A stretch of DNA of 64,000 nt, taken from positions 704,001 through 768,000 of the forward strand of contig CAWFGO010000003.1 in NCBI GenBank assembly GCA_963815455.1, given 5' to 3'. Below are positions 1-10,780 of this stretch, in pieces. A program made the position numbers and the translations under genes. This DNA comes from an uncultured Verrucomicrobiae bacterium (lineage in GTDB: Bacteria; Verrucomicrobiota; Verrucomicrobiia; Chthoniobacterales; UBA10450). The number at the start of each line of letters is the position of its first letter. Positions within the stretch are counted from its first letter, which is position 1. Under the pieces are notes generated by a model, which saw only the letters and a program-made list of their open reading frames with translations, searched no databases and was not told the origin of the DNA.

Positions 1-426
1 GGCTGTTGGGCGGCGTATGGCGAAGTGCTGGCCCGGGAATACAGCGATCCGGCCTACGCCCCAAACCATCGCCTCAGTGTCGATGCTTACGCGGTTCAAC
101 ATCCCGGCCGTCCTTCGCCGCAAAGCATTCAATCCGTGGCGGTCCATCTGATTCGGCTTTGTCTGTTGCTTGAATGCGGGTTGGAAATGGGCCGGGCCAA
201 CGAAGCGATCCTAAAAGCGAGCGAGTCCAAGAAACAATTTGTGTGGCTGGAACCACCGCCCTCGCGCGGGACCGTGACCGTGGCCGAAGTCCGGCGCGCG
301 ACCAATCCGGAAGAGCACATCATCCTGGTTCGACAATGGGCCGAAAGCGCTTGGCAGGCCTGGAGCTCGCATCATTCCCAGATTCACGCCTGGCTCCCAG
401 CCGGCTTCGGGTCGCCGCAGAGCTGA
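1..426 (+). CDS. DUF5946-like hypothetical protein, 5' end outside the window
   Basis: Frame is open from base 1 (GCWAAYGEVLAREY...); HRLSVDAYAVQHPG motif resembles DUF5946 from memory. Confidence 0.6.
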   Translation, partial: GCWAAYGEVLAREYSDPAYAPNHRLSVDAYAVQHPGRPSPQSIQSVAVHLIRLCLLLECGLEMGRANEAILKASESKKQFVWLEPPPSRGTVTVAEVRRATNPEEHIILVRQWAESAWQAWSSHHSQIHAWLPAGFGSPQS

Positions 427-495
427 ACTTTCGGCTTTCGTCATTGCGCGCGTCTTGTCATTCTGCGCGTCTGCCATAGCAGTGACGCCCGGACC

Positions 496-1236
496 GTGAA
501 AAATTATTTCAAGCTCAACGCGAGTCTGCTCTATTGGGTGTTCGTCGCCCCGTTCACCGGGCAATTCTTCAAGTTTTCGGCAATTTTTCGGCAAATGGTG
601 TTCATCGGGGTGCGGGCGACGCCGATGGTCGCGCTGACCGCATTTAGCGTCGGCGTAACCCTGGCCATGCAAGCGGCGCATTCCCTGAGAGATCTTGGTG
701 CGGAAGTGTACGTGCCCGATCTGGTGATGGTGACTCTCCTGCGCGAGATGGGACCGGTACTGATCGCGGTGATCGTGATCGGCCGGAGCGGTTCGGCGGT
801 GGCGGCGGAATTGGGAACAATGAAAGTGTCGGAGGAGATTGAGGCGCTTGAAGTGATGGCGATTAACCCGGTCCAATACCTTGTCGTGCCCCGTTTTCTG
901 GCCATGCTCGTGATGTTGCCGGCGCTTACCATCATTGGAAATTACGTCGGCGTACTCGGCGGCTGGGCCGTTTGCCGATTTGCCCTTGATTTCAACACCG
1001 CCGGCTATGTCCTGCGCGCCTTGAACAGCGCCGACACATGGGATTTATATTCGGGGATGATCAAGAGCGGCGTCTTCGCCTGGATTGTTATCACGATCGC
1101 ATGCAACGCTGGCCTGCACGTTGAGGGCGGCGCAGAAGGCGTTGGCCAGGCCACGACAGCATCGGTTGTGCAAGCGTTGCTGGCCATGCTGGTTACGAAT
1201 GCGCTGCTCACCGGAATTTTCTTTTTTGCGGGCTAG
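496..1236 (+). CDS. mlaE: MlaE-family ABC transporter permease
   Basis: LREMGPVL..GRSGSAVAAELGTMKVSEEIEALEVMAINP..LVVPR and GAEGVGQATT signatures. Confidence 0.9.
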   Translation: MKNYFKLNASLLYWVFVAPFTGQFFKFSAIFRQMVFIGVRATPMVALTAFSVGVTLAMQAAHSLRDLGAEVYVPDLVMVTLLREMGPVLIAVIVIGRSGSAVAAELGTMKVSEEIEALEVMAINPVQYLVVPRFLAMLVMLPALTIIGNYVGVLGGWAVCRFALDFNTAGYVLRALNSADTWDLYSGMIKSGVFAWIVITIACNAGLHVEGGAEGVGQATTASVVQALLAMLVTNALLTGIFFFAG

Positions 1237-1240
1237 TCAT

Positions 1241-2089
1241 ATGAATGGAGAAACCGTTATCGAGGTTGCCGATCTTGTCCGGCGATTCGGGGATCGCGCG
1301 GTGATCAACGATATTTCGTTCCAGATTCAACGCGGCGAAACGCTGGTGATCATGGGGGGAAGCGGTTGCGGGAAGAGCACGTTGCTGCGCCATATCATCG
1401 GCTCGATGAAGCCGACCTCCGGTTCGGTCAAGATTTTTGGGCAGGAAATCACGACCATGAACGAGCGAGAGATTGCAGGCGTGCGACGGCGCTTCGGAAT
1501 GTTGTTTCAATCGGGCGCATTACTCGCTTCACTAACCGTTGGAGAAAACGTCGCGCTGCCGCTTATGCAGCACACGCGAATGTCCCCGGATGAGATCGAC
1601 CAAATCGTGAAAGAAAAACTTCGAATGGTTGGCCTGAGCGGGTTTGAAAGTCTCAAGCCGGCTGAAATCAGCGGTGGAATGAAGAAACGCGTCGGCCTGG
1701 CGCGAGCACTGGCGCTTGATCCGGAATTACTCTTCAGCGATGAGCCGACTTCCGGGCTCGATCCGATCATGACGGCGGTTGTCGATCAGCTCACGCTCAA
1801 GCTAGGGCGCGGCAGCCACATGACCGCAGTGGTGGTGACGCACGACATGACGAGCGCGTTCCGGATCGCGACGCGCATGATCATGCTGGGTCACGGCTCG
1901 ATTGTAGCGCAGGGCACCCCCGATGAAATTCGTTCGAGCCCAAATCCCGAAGTGCAACAGTTCATCAATGGCGAAGCCGACGGCCCCATCCCGCTGAATC
2001 TTTCCCAGGAAGAACACGAGCATCATCAGTATGTGAAGCCGCGGCCGTTTTTTGGCGCGCGCTTCCGCTTCCACCACAAGACTCAATGA
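1241..2089 (+). CDS. mlaF: MlaF-family ABC ATP-binding protein
   Basis: Walker A GGSGCGKS, ISGGMKKRVGLARA, DEPTSGLDP; ATG at 1241 directly after the mlaE stop. Confidence 0.9.
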   Translation: MNGETVIEVADLVRRFGDRAVINDISFQIQRGETLVIMGGSGCGKSTLLRHIIGSMKPTSGSVKIFGQEITTMNEREIAGVRRRFGMLFQSGALLASLTVGENVALPLMQHTRMSPDEIDQIVKEKLRMVGLSGFESLKPAEISGGMKKRVGLARALALDPELLFSDEPTSGLDPIMTAVVDQLTLKLGRGSHMTAVVVTHDMTSAFRIATRMIMLGHGSIVAQGTPDEIRSSPNPEVQQFINGEADGPIPLNLSQEEHEHHQYVKPRPFFGARFRFHHKTQ

Positions 2090-2967
2090 AGAAAAATCTC
2101 TCCGATTATCTCGTCGCTTTGTCGGTCATCGTTTGCAGCATTGTCTTGCTCGCGGCATTGACGATGGCTCTCTCCGGTTATCAGCTTAACAAGCCAACGC
2201 GAACTTTGCAGATCGATTACGAGGACGTCACAGGCATCAAGGTGCACTCCGAAGTCCGTTACGCAGGCGCACCGGCCGGCCGCGTACTCGCGATGCGCCA
2301 TCTAAGTGCCTCCGAGCGGGACGCATCTGCGAATAAGCGGGACGCTGTCCGGGTGACGATCAGCCTGGATGAAAAAATTCCTCCCTTGCCGAGCGATGTG
2401 ATGGCGACACTCAGCTCAGACACTCTGCTTGCGCCAAAATTTGTCGCACTGTCCGCTGGAACGCCCGGCGGTAAGACGCTGGCCAATCATTCCATTATCG
2501 AAGGCCATCCGGCCTACGGCATCGAACAAATCACCGCAGCGGCGGGGCCGCTGATCGATCACGCCAACGTGTTGATCGACAACCTCAATGGCACAATCAC
2601 GAGCATTAAAGGTAACCTCGGCGAGTTCTTGCCCAAACTAGCGCCTCTGGCCACCTCGCTGAAGACCGATGTAGATGGTTTACAGAAAGTAGTCGCAAGC
2701 CTGGATGAAGTGGCAAAGAGCGCCGATACCGTTCTCAGCAGCGCGGACAAGTTTATTTCCGGGACTGACAAGGGGCTTCAAGATCAACTGAGAGAGCTAC
2801 ACGTTGTCTTGCTCAACCTGAAAGTGATTACGACGCACGCCAAGGCGATTACAACAGAGCTGGGCGAAAAACCGAACCGAATCATATTCAGCGGTAAGGC
2901 AAACAAGCTCACGCCAGAGTCGGAGATCATTAAGAGCCGCGAGCCGTTGCCGGCGAAGAAACCGTAG
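2086..2967 (+). CDS. mlaD: MlaD/MCE-family protein
   Basis: N-terminal TM helix, MCE-like DVTGIKVHSEVRYAGAPAGRV, helical C-terminus; ATGA overlap with mlaF. Confidence 0.8.
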   Translation: MKKNLSDYLVALSVIVCSIVLLAALTMALSGYQLNKPTRTLQIDYEDVTGIKVHSEVRYAGAPAGRVLAMRHLSASERDASANKRDAVRVTISLDEKIPPLPSDVMATLSSDTLLAPKFVALSAGTPGGKTLANHSIIEGHPAYGIEQITAAAGPLIDHANVLIDNLNGTITSIKGNLGEFLPKLAPLATSLKTDVDGLQKVVASLDEVAKSADTVLSSADKFISGTDKGLQDQLRELHVVLLNLKVITTHAKAITTELGEKPNRIIFSGKANKLTPESEIIKSREPLPAKKP

Positions 2968-3029
2968 CGCGTACCGTTGTTGAGAAATTGCCGAATTCGC
3001 TGAGCGTAAAGATCGAAAGGTTATCTTTT

Positions 3030-3431
3030 ATGCATGCGAAACTGCACCTTCAGACGATTGTCGTAATCCTCGCCATGTTTTCCCTGTTTTCTTCGGCCCG
3101 AGGTGATTCGTCGCCGGCGCCCGAGCCTTCAACCGGCATTGAAGGCGTGATCACGATCAGCCCAACGCATGGCGGCCCGATTAGAGAAGATGAGCCGGTT
3201 TCCAAAGGTCTCGCGAATATCGAATTCGAAGCAAGAAGTGAAAAAGGCACGGTGGCATCTTTCACCACGGACGATCAGGGCAGGTTTCGGGTCTCGCTGC
3301 CACCCGGGCATTACAGCGTTTCGCGCAAAGGCGTGAAACACAGAATTGGAAGATTCGGACCGTTCGAGGTGGATGTTGTTGCCGGAAAAATGAGCAAGGT
3401 GCAGTGGAACTGCGATTCCGGCATGCGCTGA
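3030..3431 (+). CDS. secreted protein with carboxypeptidase-regulatory/transthyretin-like domain
   Basis: Signal peptide; TTDDQGRFRVSLPPGHYSV motif. Confidence 0.6.
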   Translation: MHAKLHLQTIVVILAMFSLFSSARGDSSPAPEPSTGIEGVITISPTHGGPIREDEPVSKGLANIEFEARSEKGTVASFTTDDQGRFRVSLPPGHYSVSRKGVKHRIGRFGPFEVDVVAGKMSKVQWNCDSGMR

Positions 3432-3434
3432 TCG

Positions 3435-3923
3435 TTGCCCGAGATGCGCAAGGTCAATATCGACGACATCGCGGAGATGTCCTGGGCTTCACCGAAAGGC
3501 AAATTCGCCGGCGCGGGCAAGGAAGTTTCCGAGGCGCTCGGGAGAAACCCAACCTCGACGGACCTGAGGGACCGCCATCCGTTTGATGTCGAGATTCTCC
3601 GTATTCCGCCGGGCAAAACTCCCTATCCTCATCACTCGCACAGCGTGCAATGGGAATTGTATCATGTCATCGCTGGCAAAGGCGCCGTTCGTCATAAGGA
3701 CGGCACGACGGAGATCGAGCAAGGTGACGCTTTTCTCTTCAAGCCGGACGAGCCTCACCAGCTTTCAAACAACAGCGCGGAAGATCTCGTTCTCTACGTC
3801 ATCGCCGATAATCCGATGGGTGAGTCCAGTTATTATCCCGACAGCAAAAAATGGCTGGTGCGCTCACCCGAACGCAGGATTGTGCGCTCCGACGCGCTCG
3901 ATTACTTCGACGGCGAGGAATAA
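3435..3923 (+). CDS. cupin domain protein
   Basis: PYPHHSH...WELYHVIAG and PDEPHQLSN cupin metal motifs. Confidence 0.8.
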   Translation: MPEMRKVNIDDIAEMSWASPKGKFAGAGKEVSEALGRNPTSTDLRDRHPFDVEILRIPPGKTPYPHHSHSVQWELYHVIAGKGAVRHKDGTTEIEQGDAFLFKPDEPHQLSNNSAEDLVLYVIADNPMGESSYYPDSKKWLVRSPERRIVRSDALDYFDGEE

Positions 3924-3931
3924 TCACAGGC

Positions 3932-4651
3932 GTGGCCAGGATCGACAAAGCGGTGTTACTGGCGGCCGGGCGCGGGACGCGGATGAAAGAAATGACGGCC
4001 GAGCTTCCCAAACCGATGCTCGAAGTGCGGGGTAAACCAGTTTTGCAACACATCGTCGAAGGATTACGCAGTGCCGGCGTCCACCGGTTTTTGATCATTG
4101 TTGGTTACCGGGCCGAGTCGGTGCAGAATTTCTTCGGCGACGGCTCACGTTATAAGATCGAGATCCAATACACCACCCAGGCAGTGCAGGATGGGACAGG
4201 GCGCGTCGTGGATCTTGCCCGCAATTTTACCAGCGACTCTCCATTTGTTTTGAGCTACGGCGACATCCTGGTCGATCCGGCAAATTATGAACGCCTTGTC
4301 GAGCTTCCCGACGATGTCGAAGCAATCGTCAGCGTCAAGCGCAACCAGGACGTCAGCAAAGGCGGAGCGGTTTTCGTTAACGAGAGAATGGAACTTGTCG
4401 ATCTTCGGGAAAAAACGCGCCCGGGCGAAGCGACCAGTCCGTGGTATAACGCCGGAATTTACGCATTCCGGCCGAGCATCTTCGAGTTTACCCAAAAACT
4501 GAAGCCGTCACCACGCGGCGAGTATGAATTGACCGACGCCATTCGTGAACTGGCGCAATCGGGCAGGAAGGTGAAAGTGCTCGAGCTGGCCGGCGAATGG
4601 GCCGATGTGCGCGATCCTAAAATTCTGGCGCAGCTGAATTCCGGCTGCTAA
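3932..4651 (+). CDS. sugar-phosphate nucleotidyltransferase (RmlA/NTP_transferase family)
   Basis: AVLLAAGRGTRM, LPKPML, PSPRGEYELTD; GTG start at 3932. Confidence 0.85.
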   Translation: MARIDKAVLLAAGRGTRMKEMTAELPKPMLEVRGKPVLQHIVEGLRSAGVHRFLIIVGYRAESVQNFFGDGSRYKIEIQYTTQAVQDGTGRVVDLARNFTSDSPFVLSYGDILVDPANYERLVELPDDVEAIVSVKRNQDVSKGGAVFVNERMELVDLREKTRPGEATSPWYNAGIYAFRPSIFEFTQKLKPSPRGEYELTDAIRELAQSGRKVKVLELAGEWADVRDPKILAQLNSGC

Positions 4652-4660
4652 GCCGGCTGA

Positions 4661-5035
4661 TTACGAAGCCCTGGCTCCGGCGCGGGCCTGAGCGCGAAGC
4701 ACAACGATGCGGTCCCTGACTTCCTCGCAGCGTTTTTGCTCGCGCACGGCCTCGAACTCTGGAAGGTGCTGCGCCTTATAGGCAGGCCGCGGCGCGTGGA
4801 GGCATGTCTCGACGAAATCATTGGCGACCGCAACGCTGTCGAGCTTGGCCAAGGTGGGAACTTGCTCTGCCTCGGCCAGCAAGTCGTCGCGAATGGCAAT
4901 GTAGGCATTGATTTCAGCGGAAGCGTGTTGCGAGCAGACCGGCTCCCTCTCCGTTATCGATTGCCGGAAATTTATCGAGGCGCTTTCCTGGATGATTGTA
5001 AGCGGCCGCGGAGGCTGCGGCTGAGTGATCTGCAT
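4661..5035 (-). CDS. hypothetical protein
   Basis: 124-aa ATG ORF filling the gap between flanking genes; no family recognised. Confidence 0.45.
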   Translation of the reverse strand: MQITQPQPPRPLTIIQESASINFRQSITEREPVCSQHASAEINAYIAIRDDLLAEAEQVPTLAKLDSVAVANDFVETCLHAPRPAYKAQHLPEFEAVREQKRCEEVRDRIVVLRAQARAGARAS

Positions 5036-5127
5036 GAACCATAAAGTAGCAGCTCACATGCCGTTACCGGAGAATGGCCGTCCGCACTCAAGATTGGCGA
5101 TCTCGGCCTGGCGCCCTAGCGTAGGCC

Positions 5128-5514
5128 ATGAAAGTTCCATTCACACTCGGGGTCGTTGGTCACTTCGGATTAGCAGTGCGCGATCCAAAAAAGAGCGCGA
5201 AATGGTTTGAGCGCGCGCTTGGTTTGCAGAAACAATTCGAATTCGGTGAAGGCGTTGCCATCGGCAACAAGAACGTGACGATTGCGCTCATGAAGGGCAA
5301 ACCGTCACCGGAAACGCTCGATCACATGTCGTTTCATCTGCCGACGATGTCGATCCTGCACAAAGCGCTGGAGCATTTGAAAGAGCTCGAGGTGGATGTG
5401 GAAGATCCCGGGGACGAAATAGGACCGGAAGCGCCTGGTTCGAGAAATATGGGCCTTTGGTTCCGCGATCCCGACGGATACCGTTGGGAACTGAGCGTGC
5501 AGGGCGGGAAATAG
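5128..5514 (+). CDS. VOC/glyoxalase family protein
   Basis: GHFGLAVRD, DHMSFH, FRDPDGYRWEL. Confidence 0.85.
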   Translation: MKVPFTLGVVGHFGLAVRDPKKSAKWFERALGLQKQFEFGEGVAIGNKNVTIALMKGKPSPETLDHMSFHLPTMSILHKALEHLKELEVDVEDPGDEIGPEAPGSRNMGLWFRDPDGYRWELSVQGGK

Positions 5515-5602
5515 GGCAATTTGGCCCGCCGGCGCTTTCGTAAATTCGAGATTGCATTGTTCGCGCTGAGGCGACAGTCTCGAAAGACGAGACAGTTCCC
5601 AG

Positions 5603-6139
5603 ATGACAACGCCTTCTGATGACGAAGGGCTGCGCATGGTCAGGGATGACAAGCCGCGGCCACGGCTTTTCCAGGAGGGCATATCCGCTTCGGAGCGGGA
5701 TGTTGTTGCTGCGTCAACGACCCAGGGAGGGCGCTTCTTTAACGCTAAGCGCATCGCCGCTACGCTTGGGATCGTCGCGGCAGCGATCATTGTTGGTTTG
5801 GGTGTCATATACTGGAAAGCGTCAGATCGTTACCCGGTAGTCGTGGCCATCGGTTTACCCGATGGCGACGCCCAGGGAGATCCGCTGGCCAACAGAAGCG
5901 GACCGTTGGTCCCGGTCGAGCCGGCCATGCTGCAAGTCACTTCGATTGCTCTGGGCGAACCGCGCTTGGCGATCGTAAACGGAAGACCCCTGGCCGAAGG
6001 CGAATGGATGCTGGTCGACACGCGATTGGGCGCGGCCAGTGTTCGGGTAATTGCAATTCAAGATGGCCTCGTCCGGTTCCGACATGGCGGCGAGACCATC
6101 GACGTCAAACTACAGGCGGCGAAGCAAACGAAGCCTTGA
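5603..6139 (+). CDS. hypothetical single-pass membrane protein
   Basis: One TM segment; C-terminal AIVNG..LAEGE segment reminiscent of T2SS/pilus accessory proteins. Confidence 0.55.
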   Translation: MTTPSDDEGLRMVRDDKPRPRLFQEGISASERDVVAASTTQGGRFFNAKRIAATLGIVAAAIIVGLGVIYWKASDRYPVVVAIGLPDGDAQGDPLANRSGPLVPVEPAMLQVTSIALGEPRLAIVNGRPLAEGEWMLVDTRLGAASVRVIAIQDGLVRFRHGGETIDVKLQAAKQTKP

Positions 6140-6289
6140 TTTGCGAGTGATCGATGAATTGCCCGCAGGTCCAAGCGGTGGCCAAACGCGCCGCCTTCGC
6201 TACTTGATCGACATCGGCCACGGTCTCTGCGACGCGAATCGCTTTATCCTGTTTTATTCCAGGGTCCGCCGCTCGGCTGATGCGTGGAA

Positions 6290-9200
6290 TCAGACCGAAG
6301 CAGGCTCGTGTACTTTGCCGTCACCGGCTGGCGCAAGGGCGGCCTCGTGATGGGTATGGGCGCTGCGCAGGAACGGGACACGATCAAGCACCTGCTCCTG
6401 GAACCACTCGAGAGCGAGATAAATGACGGGCGTGATGTAGAGCGTAATCAATTGTGAAACAATCAAGCCGCCGACGATGACCAGACCGAGCGGCCGGCGC
6501 GAAGAGCCATCCGCGCCGAAGCCGAGCGCAATCGGCAGCGCGCCCATCAGGGCCGCGAGCGTTGTCATGATAATGGGCCGGAAACGTTCGACACTCGCCT
6601 CATGGATGGCGGCGCGGCGATCGTAACCTTCATCCAACCGATGAAGCGCGAAATCGACAATCATGATGCCGTTCTTTTTCACGATACCCATGAGAAGAAA
6701 GAGGCCGATCACGGAATAGAGCGAAAGGGTCGAGCCGAAAAGCCAAAGGGTCATCAACCCGCCGACGACGGCGGGAAAGAGCGTGGAAAGCACGGTGATG
6801 GGGTGCACGTAGCTCTCGTAAAGAATGCCGAGAATTACGTACATGACAAAGACGGCGGCGATGATGAGAAAGGGCAAAGCCTGAAAGAGTTGCTGGAGCA
6901 CGAGGCCTTCGCCCTGCAGCTCACCCTTGACCGTCGGCGGTAACACTTCCGCGGCCGTTTTCTTGATGTAATCGGTCACATCGCCAAGGGCGACGCCCGG
7001 TTTGGTATCGAAACCAAAGGTGACGCTGGTAAATTGGTTCGTGTGATTGACCGATTGCAGGCCCAAAGTTTCCTTCGATGTCGTAAGTGCGCGGATCGGG
7101 ATTAGTTTGGTGCCGTTGTCAGGCTTGACGTAAATTTGCCGAAAATCTTCCGGGCCCACGCGGGCTTTATCGTCCGCTTCGACAATCACCTGGTATTGAT
7201 CGTCGGCTTGTTTAATGAGGTAGACGTAATTCTGCGAGTAGGCGGCACGCAGCAGATTCTCGAGGCTGGCAACGGAGACGCCATATAGGCCGGCCCGGCC
7301 ACGCTCGATATTGATGTCGAGATTGGGCGTGTTGCGGAAAAGATCCGAACGCGGCGGACTGGCGAAACCATCGTAATCGCCCAGTTTCGCCCCCAGTTTG
7401 TCGGCGGCTGCATAAACTTCATCAGGATTGATGCCGCTTAGGACGTAGCTGTAGCGCCCGAAGGAACTGCCGGTCGCTCCGATGTTAATCTGCAGAACGG
7501 GTTGCGGATTAAGCGTCGGGAAAATTCCCGGGATCTCGCTGCACGCTTTTCGGAGTTGCGCCGCTACCGTATCGATATCGGGACGCTGGCTGGCGTCTTT
7601 CAAAAAGAGAACGGTGAAAACACCGGCGCCGAGTCCGGAGCGGCCCGCGACGGTGAAATATTTGTCGACCGCCGGGTTGGCTTGCAGAACGGGATCGAGT
7701 TTTTCCTGGAGCCGGCGTTGCTGATCGGGCGACGCCCCCTCCTGGACGATGAAAAAGCCGCGAATCGTCCCGCTGTCGCCGGTCGGCAGCAAGGTGAATG
7801 GGAGTTGCTTGAAGAAGAATCCGACTCCGAGCGCGCAGGCGAGGATGATCGGCAGGGCGAGCCAGCCGCGGTCGAGAAACCAATCGAGAGAGCGGCCATA
7901 AAACGCGAGGGTGGGTTGAAAGAACCGGCTGAAAAGCCGCTCCGTCCAGGTTTTGACGTGGCTGGGGCCGCGCTCTGCCAGAATCCGCGAACACATCAAT
8001 GGCGTAAGAGTTAATGAAACGAGACCGGAGGCGAGAATGGCGACAATGATGGTGATGGCGAACTCGCGGAAAATTCGTCCCAACAATCCCGGCATGAAAG
8101 CAAGCGGGATGAAGACCGCCGCGAGGGACAGGGTCATCGATAGGATAGTGAAGGAAATTTCGCCCGCGCTGTTGAGAGTGGCTTTGTAAATCGATTCCCC
8201 GGCCTCGGCCCGCCTAACGACATTCTCGAGAAAGACGATGGCGTCGTCGACCAAAAATCCGATGGCCAGGGTCAGCGCCATTAAGGTCAGGTTGTTGATC
8301 GAAAACCCGAACCACCACATGGCGACAAAAGTGATGAGGAACGACATGGGCAACGCGACCATGGGAATGAGGGTGTCGCTGGCGCGGCCGAGGAAGACGA
8401 AGATGACAAAAATGACGAGGACGAAGGCGATGGCGAGCGTGAACTGGACATCGTGCAGAGAATTCACGATTGACTGCGAGCGATCAAAGACCGGGATCAA
8501 ACGGATCGAGCCCGGCAACTCGCGTTGCAGCCCGGGCAATAACGCACGCACCGAACGGGCCACAGCGACGGCATTCGCGCCGGCCTGCCGCGAAACGGCG
8601 AAAACAATCACCGAGGCCGGCGGATTAAAATTGCGAACGAAGAAATGGCGCGACAAACGTTCGTTCTCCACCCCATCAACGACGCGGGCCACATCCCGGA
8701 GGTAAACCGGAGAGGCGTTGGCGTTTTGCTTGATGATGAGATTGCGATAGCCCTCGGCGGTGGCGAGCTGCCCGTTAGGCCGGAGCGTGATCGACTTGTT
8801 TACTCCGTCGAACTGGCCCGCGCCGGAGTAGGCGGTGCCGGCGCGGATCGCGGCCGATATGTCGGCGAAGGTCAGGCCGCGCGACGCCAGGGCCCCGGGA
8901 TCGACCTTGACCCGGATCGCGCTTTGAACGCCGTAAATATTAACCTGTGAGACCCCGGGCAAAATGTTAATCCGCTGCGAGACTTCGGTCGTGCCATAGC
9001 GATAAAGCTCGCCGTCGCTCAGCGTGTAACTCGTTAGGGCGACATACATGACCGGTTGATCGTTCGGATTGGACTTGGTAAAGGTGGGCGGGCTGGGGAG
9101 ATCGCTCGGCAACTGACCGGAAGCCCGTTGAATGGCTGACTGCACATCGGTGGCGGCGGCGTCGATCCCTTTGCTAAGATCAAATTGCAGCGTGATCGAG

Positions 9201-9592
9201 GTGTTGCCCTGCGAGCTGGTGCTCGTCGTAAGCGCGAGCCCGGGAATCTGGGTAAACTGCTTCTCCAGCGGGGTGGCGATCGTGTTCGCCATCGTTTCCG
9301 GGTTCGCCCCCGGATATGAGGCCTTTACCTGGATGACGGGGTAATCGACCGCCGGCAGATCGTTCACCGCCAGTTGATTGTAGGTCAGAACGCCGAAGAC
9401 GATGATCGATGCAGTCAGCAACATGGTCATGACCGGCCGCTGAATGAAAGGCCGCGAAAGACCGGAGGAGAATTGCACTAACTTCTTGGCCGGCGCGTGC
9501 TCACCTCCCAGCCGGCCGCGCTCAGCCGGCTTGTCTTCGCTCGCGCCGTTCGGCTGTTCGTCGTCTTGACCGTTGCCCTGGGAGTTCGCCAT
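6290..9592 (-). CDS. RND efflux transporter permease (AcrB/MdtB-C family)
   Basis: PFIQRPVMT, GFLVDDAIVFLEN, GIVKKNGIM, RFRPIIMTT motifs; 1100 aa. Confidence 0.95.
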   Translation of the reverse strand: MANSQGNGQDDEQPNGASEDKPAERGRLGGEHAPAKKLVQFSSGLSRPFIQRPVMTMLLTASIIVFGVLTYNQLAVNDLPAVDYPVIQVKASYPGANPETMANTIATPLEKQFTQIPGLALTTSTSSQGNTSITLQFDLSKGIDAAATDVQSAIQRASGQLPSDLPSPPTFTKSNPNDQPVMYVALTSYTLSDGELYRYGTTEVSQRINILPGVSQVNIYGVQSAIRVKVDPGALASRGLTFADISAAIRAGTAYSGAGQFDGVNKSITLRPNGQLATAEGYRNLIIKQNANASPVYLRDVARVVDGVENERLSRHFFVRNFNPPASVIVFAVSRQAGANAVAVARSVRALLPGLQRELPGSIRLIPVFDRSQSIVNSLHDVQFTLAIAFVLVIFVIFVFLGRASDTLIPMVALPMSFLITFVAMWWFGFSINNLTLMALTLAIGFLVDDAIVFLENVVRRAEAGESIYKATLNSAGEISFTILSMTLSLAAVFIPLAFMPGLLGRIFREFAITIIVAILASGLVSLTLTPLMCSRILAERGPSHVKTWTERLFSRFFQPTLAFYGRSLDWFLDRGWLALPIILACALGVGFFFKQLPFTLLPTGDSGTIRGFFIVQEGASPDQQRRLQEKLDPVLQANPAVDKYFTVAGRSGLGAGVFTVLFLKDASQRPDIDTVAAQLRKACSEIPGIFPTLNPQPVLQINIGATGSSFGRYSYVLSGINPDEVYAAADKLGAKLGDYDGFASPPRSDLFRNTPNLDINIERGRAGLYGVSVASLENLLRAAYSQNYVYLIKQADDQYQVIVEADDKARVGPEDFRQIYVKPDNGTKLIPIRALTTSKETLGLQSVNHTNQFTSVTFGFDTKPGVALGDVTDYIKKTAAEVLPPTVKGELQGEGLVLQQLFQALPFLIIAAVFVMYVILGILYESYVHPITVLSTLFPAVVGGLMTLWLFGSTLSLYSVIGLFLLMGIVKKNGIMIVDFALHRLDEGYDRRAAIHEASVERFRPIIMTTLAALMGALPIALGFGADGSSRRPLGLVIVGGLIVSQLITLYITPVIYLALEWFQEQVLDRVPFLRSAHTHHEAALAPAGDGKVHEPASV

Positions 9593-9595
9593 AAA

Positions 9596-10780
9596 CTAAA
9601 ACTCCGTTTGGGCGTCGCCTTCGCCGATCCCGTTCCGCAACGGTTTTTCTGTTTCTTTGGCGATCACTTTAGTTCCCGGCGCCAGTTGTAGCTGTCCTTG
9701 GACCACAACCGTTTCACCGGGTTGCACGCCTTTCTGGACCACTGTGAGGTTATCCTGCTTTTGTCCGGGCGTTACCTGTCGCAGATCGAGAGTGGAATCT
9801 TTTTTTACTACGAAAATGTAGGGACCGTTCTGGCCGATCTGCACGGCCCCGTTTGGAACCAGCTTTGCCTCCTTGATGATGTCGAGAATCAACCGGACGT
9901 GGACGAACTGCGAGGGCCAAAGCGCATGATCCGAATTCGGCGTCACGGCGCGCGCCTGCACCGTTCCCGTTCCGGGCTGCAAGGTGTTGGCAATAAAATA
10001 GAGGTCGCCTGCCCGGGCCGGGATGCCGTCGTTCTCGGCATCGGTCAGCACTTTGAGATTCGGATTTCCAAGATATTTCCGAACGAGTGGTAAATCGGGT
10101 TCGGCAACGGTGAAGTCGGTATAGATTGGGTCGAAGTTGTCGATCTGCACCAGCACCGCGCCGCTGCTGCCCGCGGTTACGGTGTTGCCGACGTCGACCT
10201 GGCGTAAACCGACGCGCCCGTCGATCGGCGATCGAATGGAGCAATAGTCGAGATTCACCTGCGCCGCCTCAACCGCTGCCTCGGTCCGCATGGCATTCGC
10301 TTTCGCCGTATCGAGATCCTGCGGCGCCGTGACCTTCTTGGCTTGCAATTCCAACTGTCGCTTCAGATTCGCTTCGGCAAGCACGTTGTCGGCTTTCGCC
10401 GCGTCCAAGGCGGCTTGATATGGCCGCCGATCAATCGTGAAAAGGAGATCGCCTTTCTTCACGTAGGCGCCGTCCTTGAAATCGCGCGAGACGATCTGGC
10501 CACCGACCTGGGACTGGATCTGGACGGTCTCGTTGGCCGCGCAGGTGCCGATCTCATCAAGATAAAGCGGGACATCTTTGGTGATCACTTTGGCAACGGA
10601 GACTGGGCGCGGCGGCGGCCCCGTCTGCTTCTCCGCGGTGCTGCAAGTGCGCACGAGGAAAAGGACTGCGATGAGCCCGATCGCGCCGATACCCAGGTAA
10701 GTCCACTTCCGGCCAAACCGGCGTTCGAGATTCCCGACCGCCTCGCGTCCAGCGATATTCATCTTCTTGGCGGAAATCAT
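9596..10780 (-). CDS. RND periplasmic adaptor (MdtA-like)
   Basis: VKKGDLLFTID, IRSPIDGRVG, TGTVQARA; adjacent to the RND permease. Confidence 0.9.
   Translation of the reverse strand: MISAKKMNIAGREAVGNLERRFGRKWTYLGIGAIGLIAVLFLVRTCSTAEKQTGPPPRPVSVAKVITKDVPLYLDEIGTCAANETVQIQSQVGGQIVSRDFKDGAYVKKGDLLFTIDRRPYQAALDAAKADNVLAEANLKRQLELQAKKVTAPQDLDTAKANAMRTEAAVEAAQVNLDYCSIRSPIDGRVGLRQVDVGNTVTAGSSGAVLVQIDNFDPIYTDFTVAEPDLPLVRKYLGNPNLKVLTDAENDGIPARAGDLYFIANTLQPGTGTVQARAVTPNSDHALWPSQFVHVRLILDIIKEAKLVPNGAVQIGQNGPYIFVVKKDSTLDLRQVTPGQKQDNLTVVQKGVQPGETVVVQGQLQLAPGTKVIAKETEKPLRNGIGEGDAQTEF

Noticed and set aside
496..2967. mlaEFD without mlaC/B/A as a novel system
   Set aside because: Minimal MCE operons are common; partner genes may lie elsewhere
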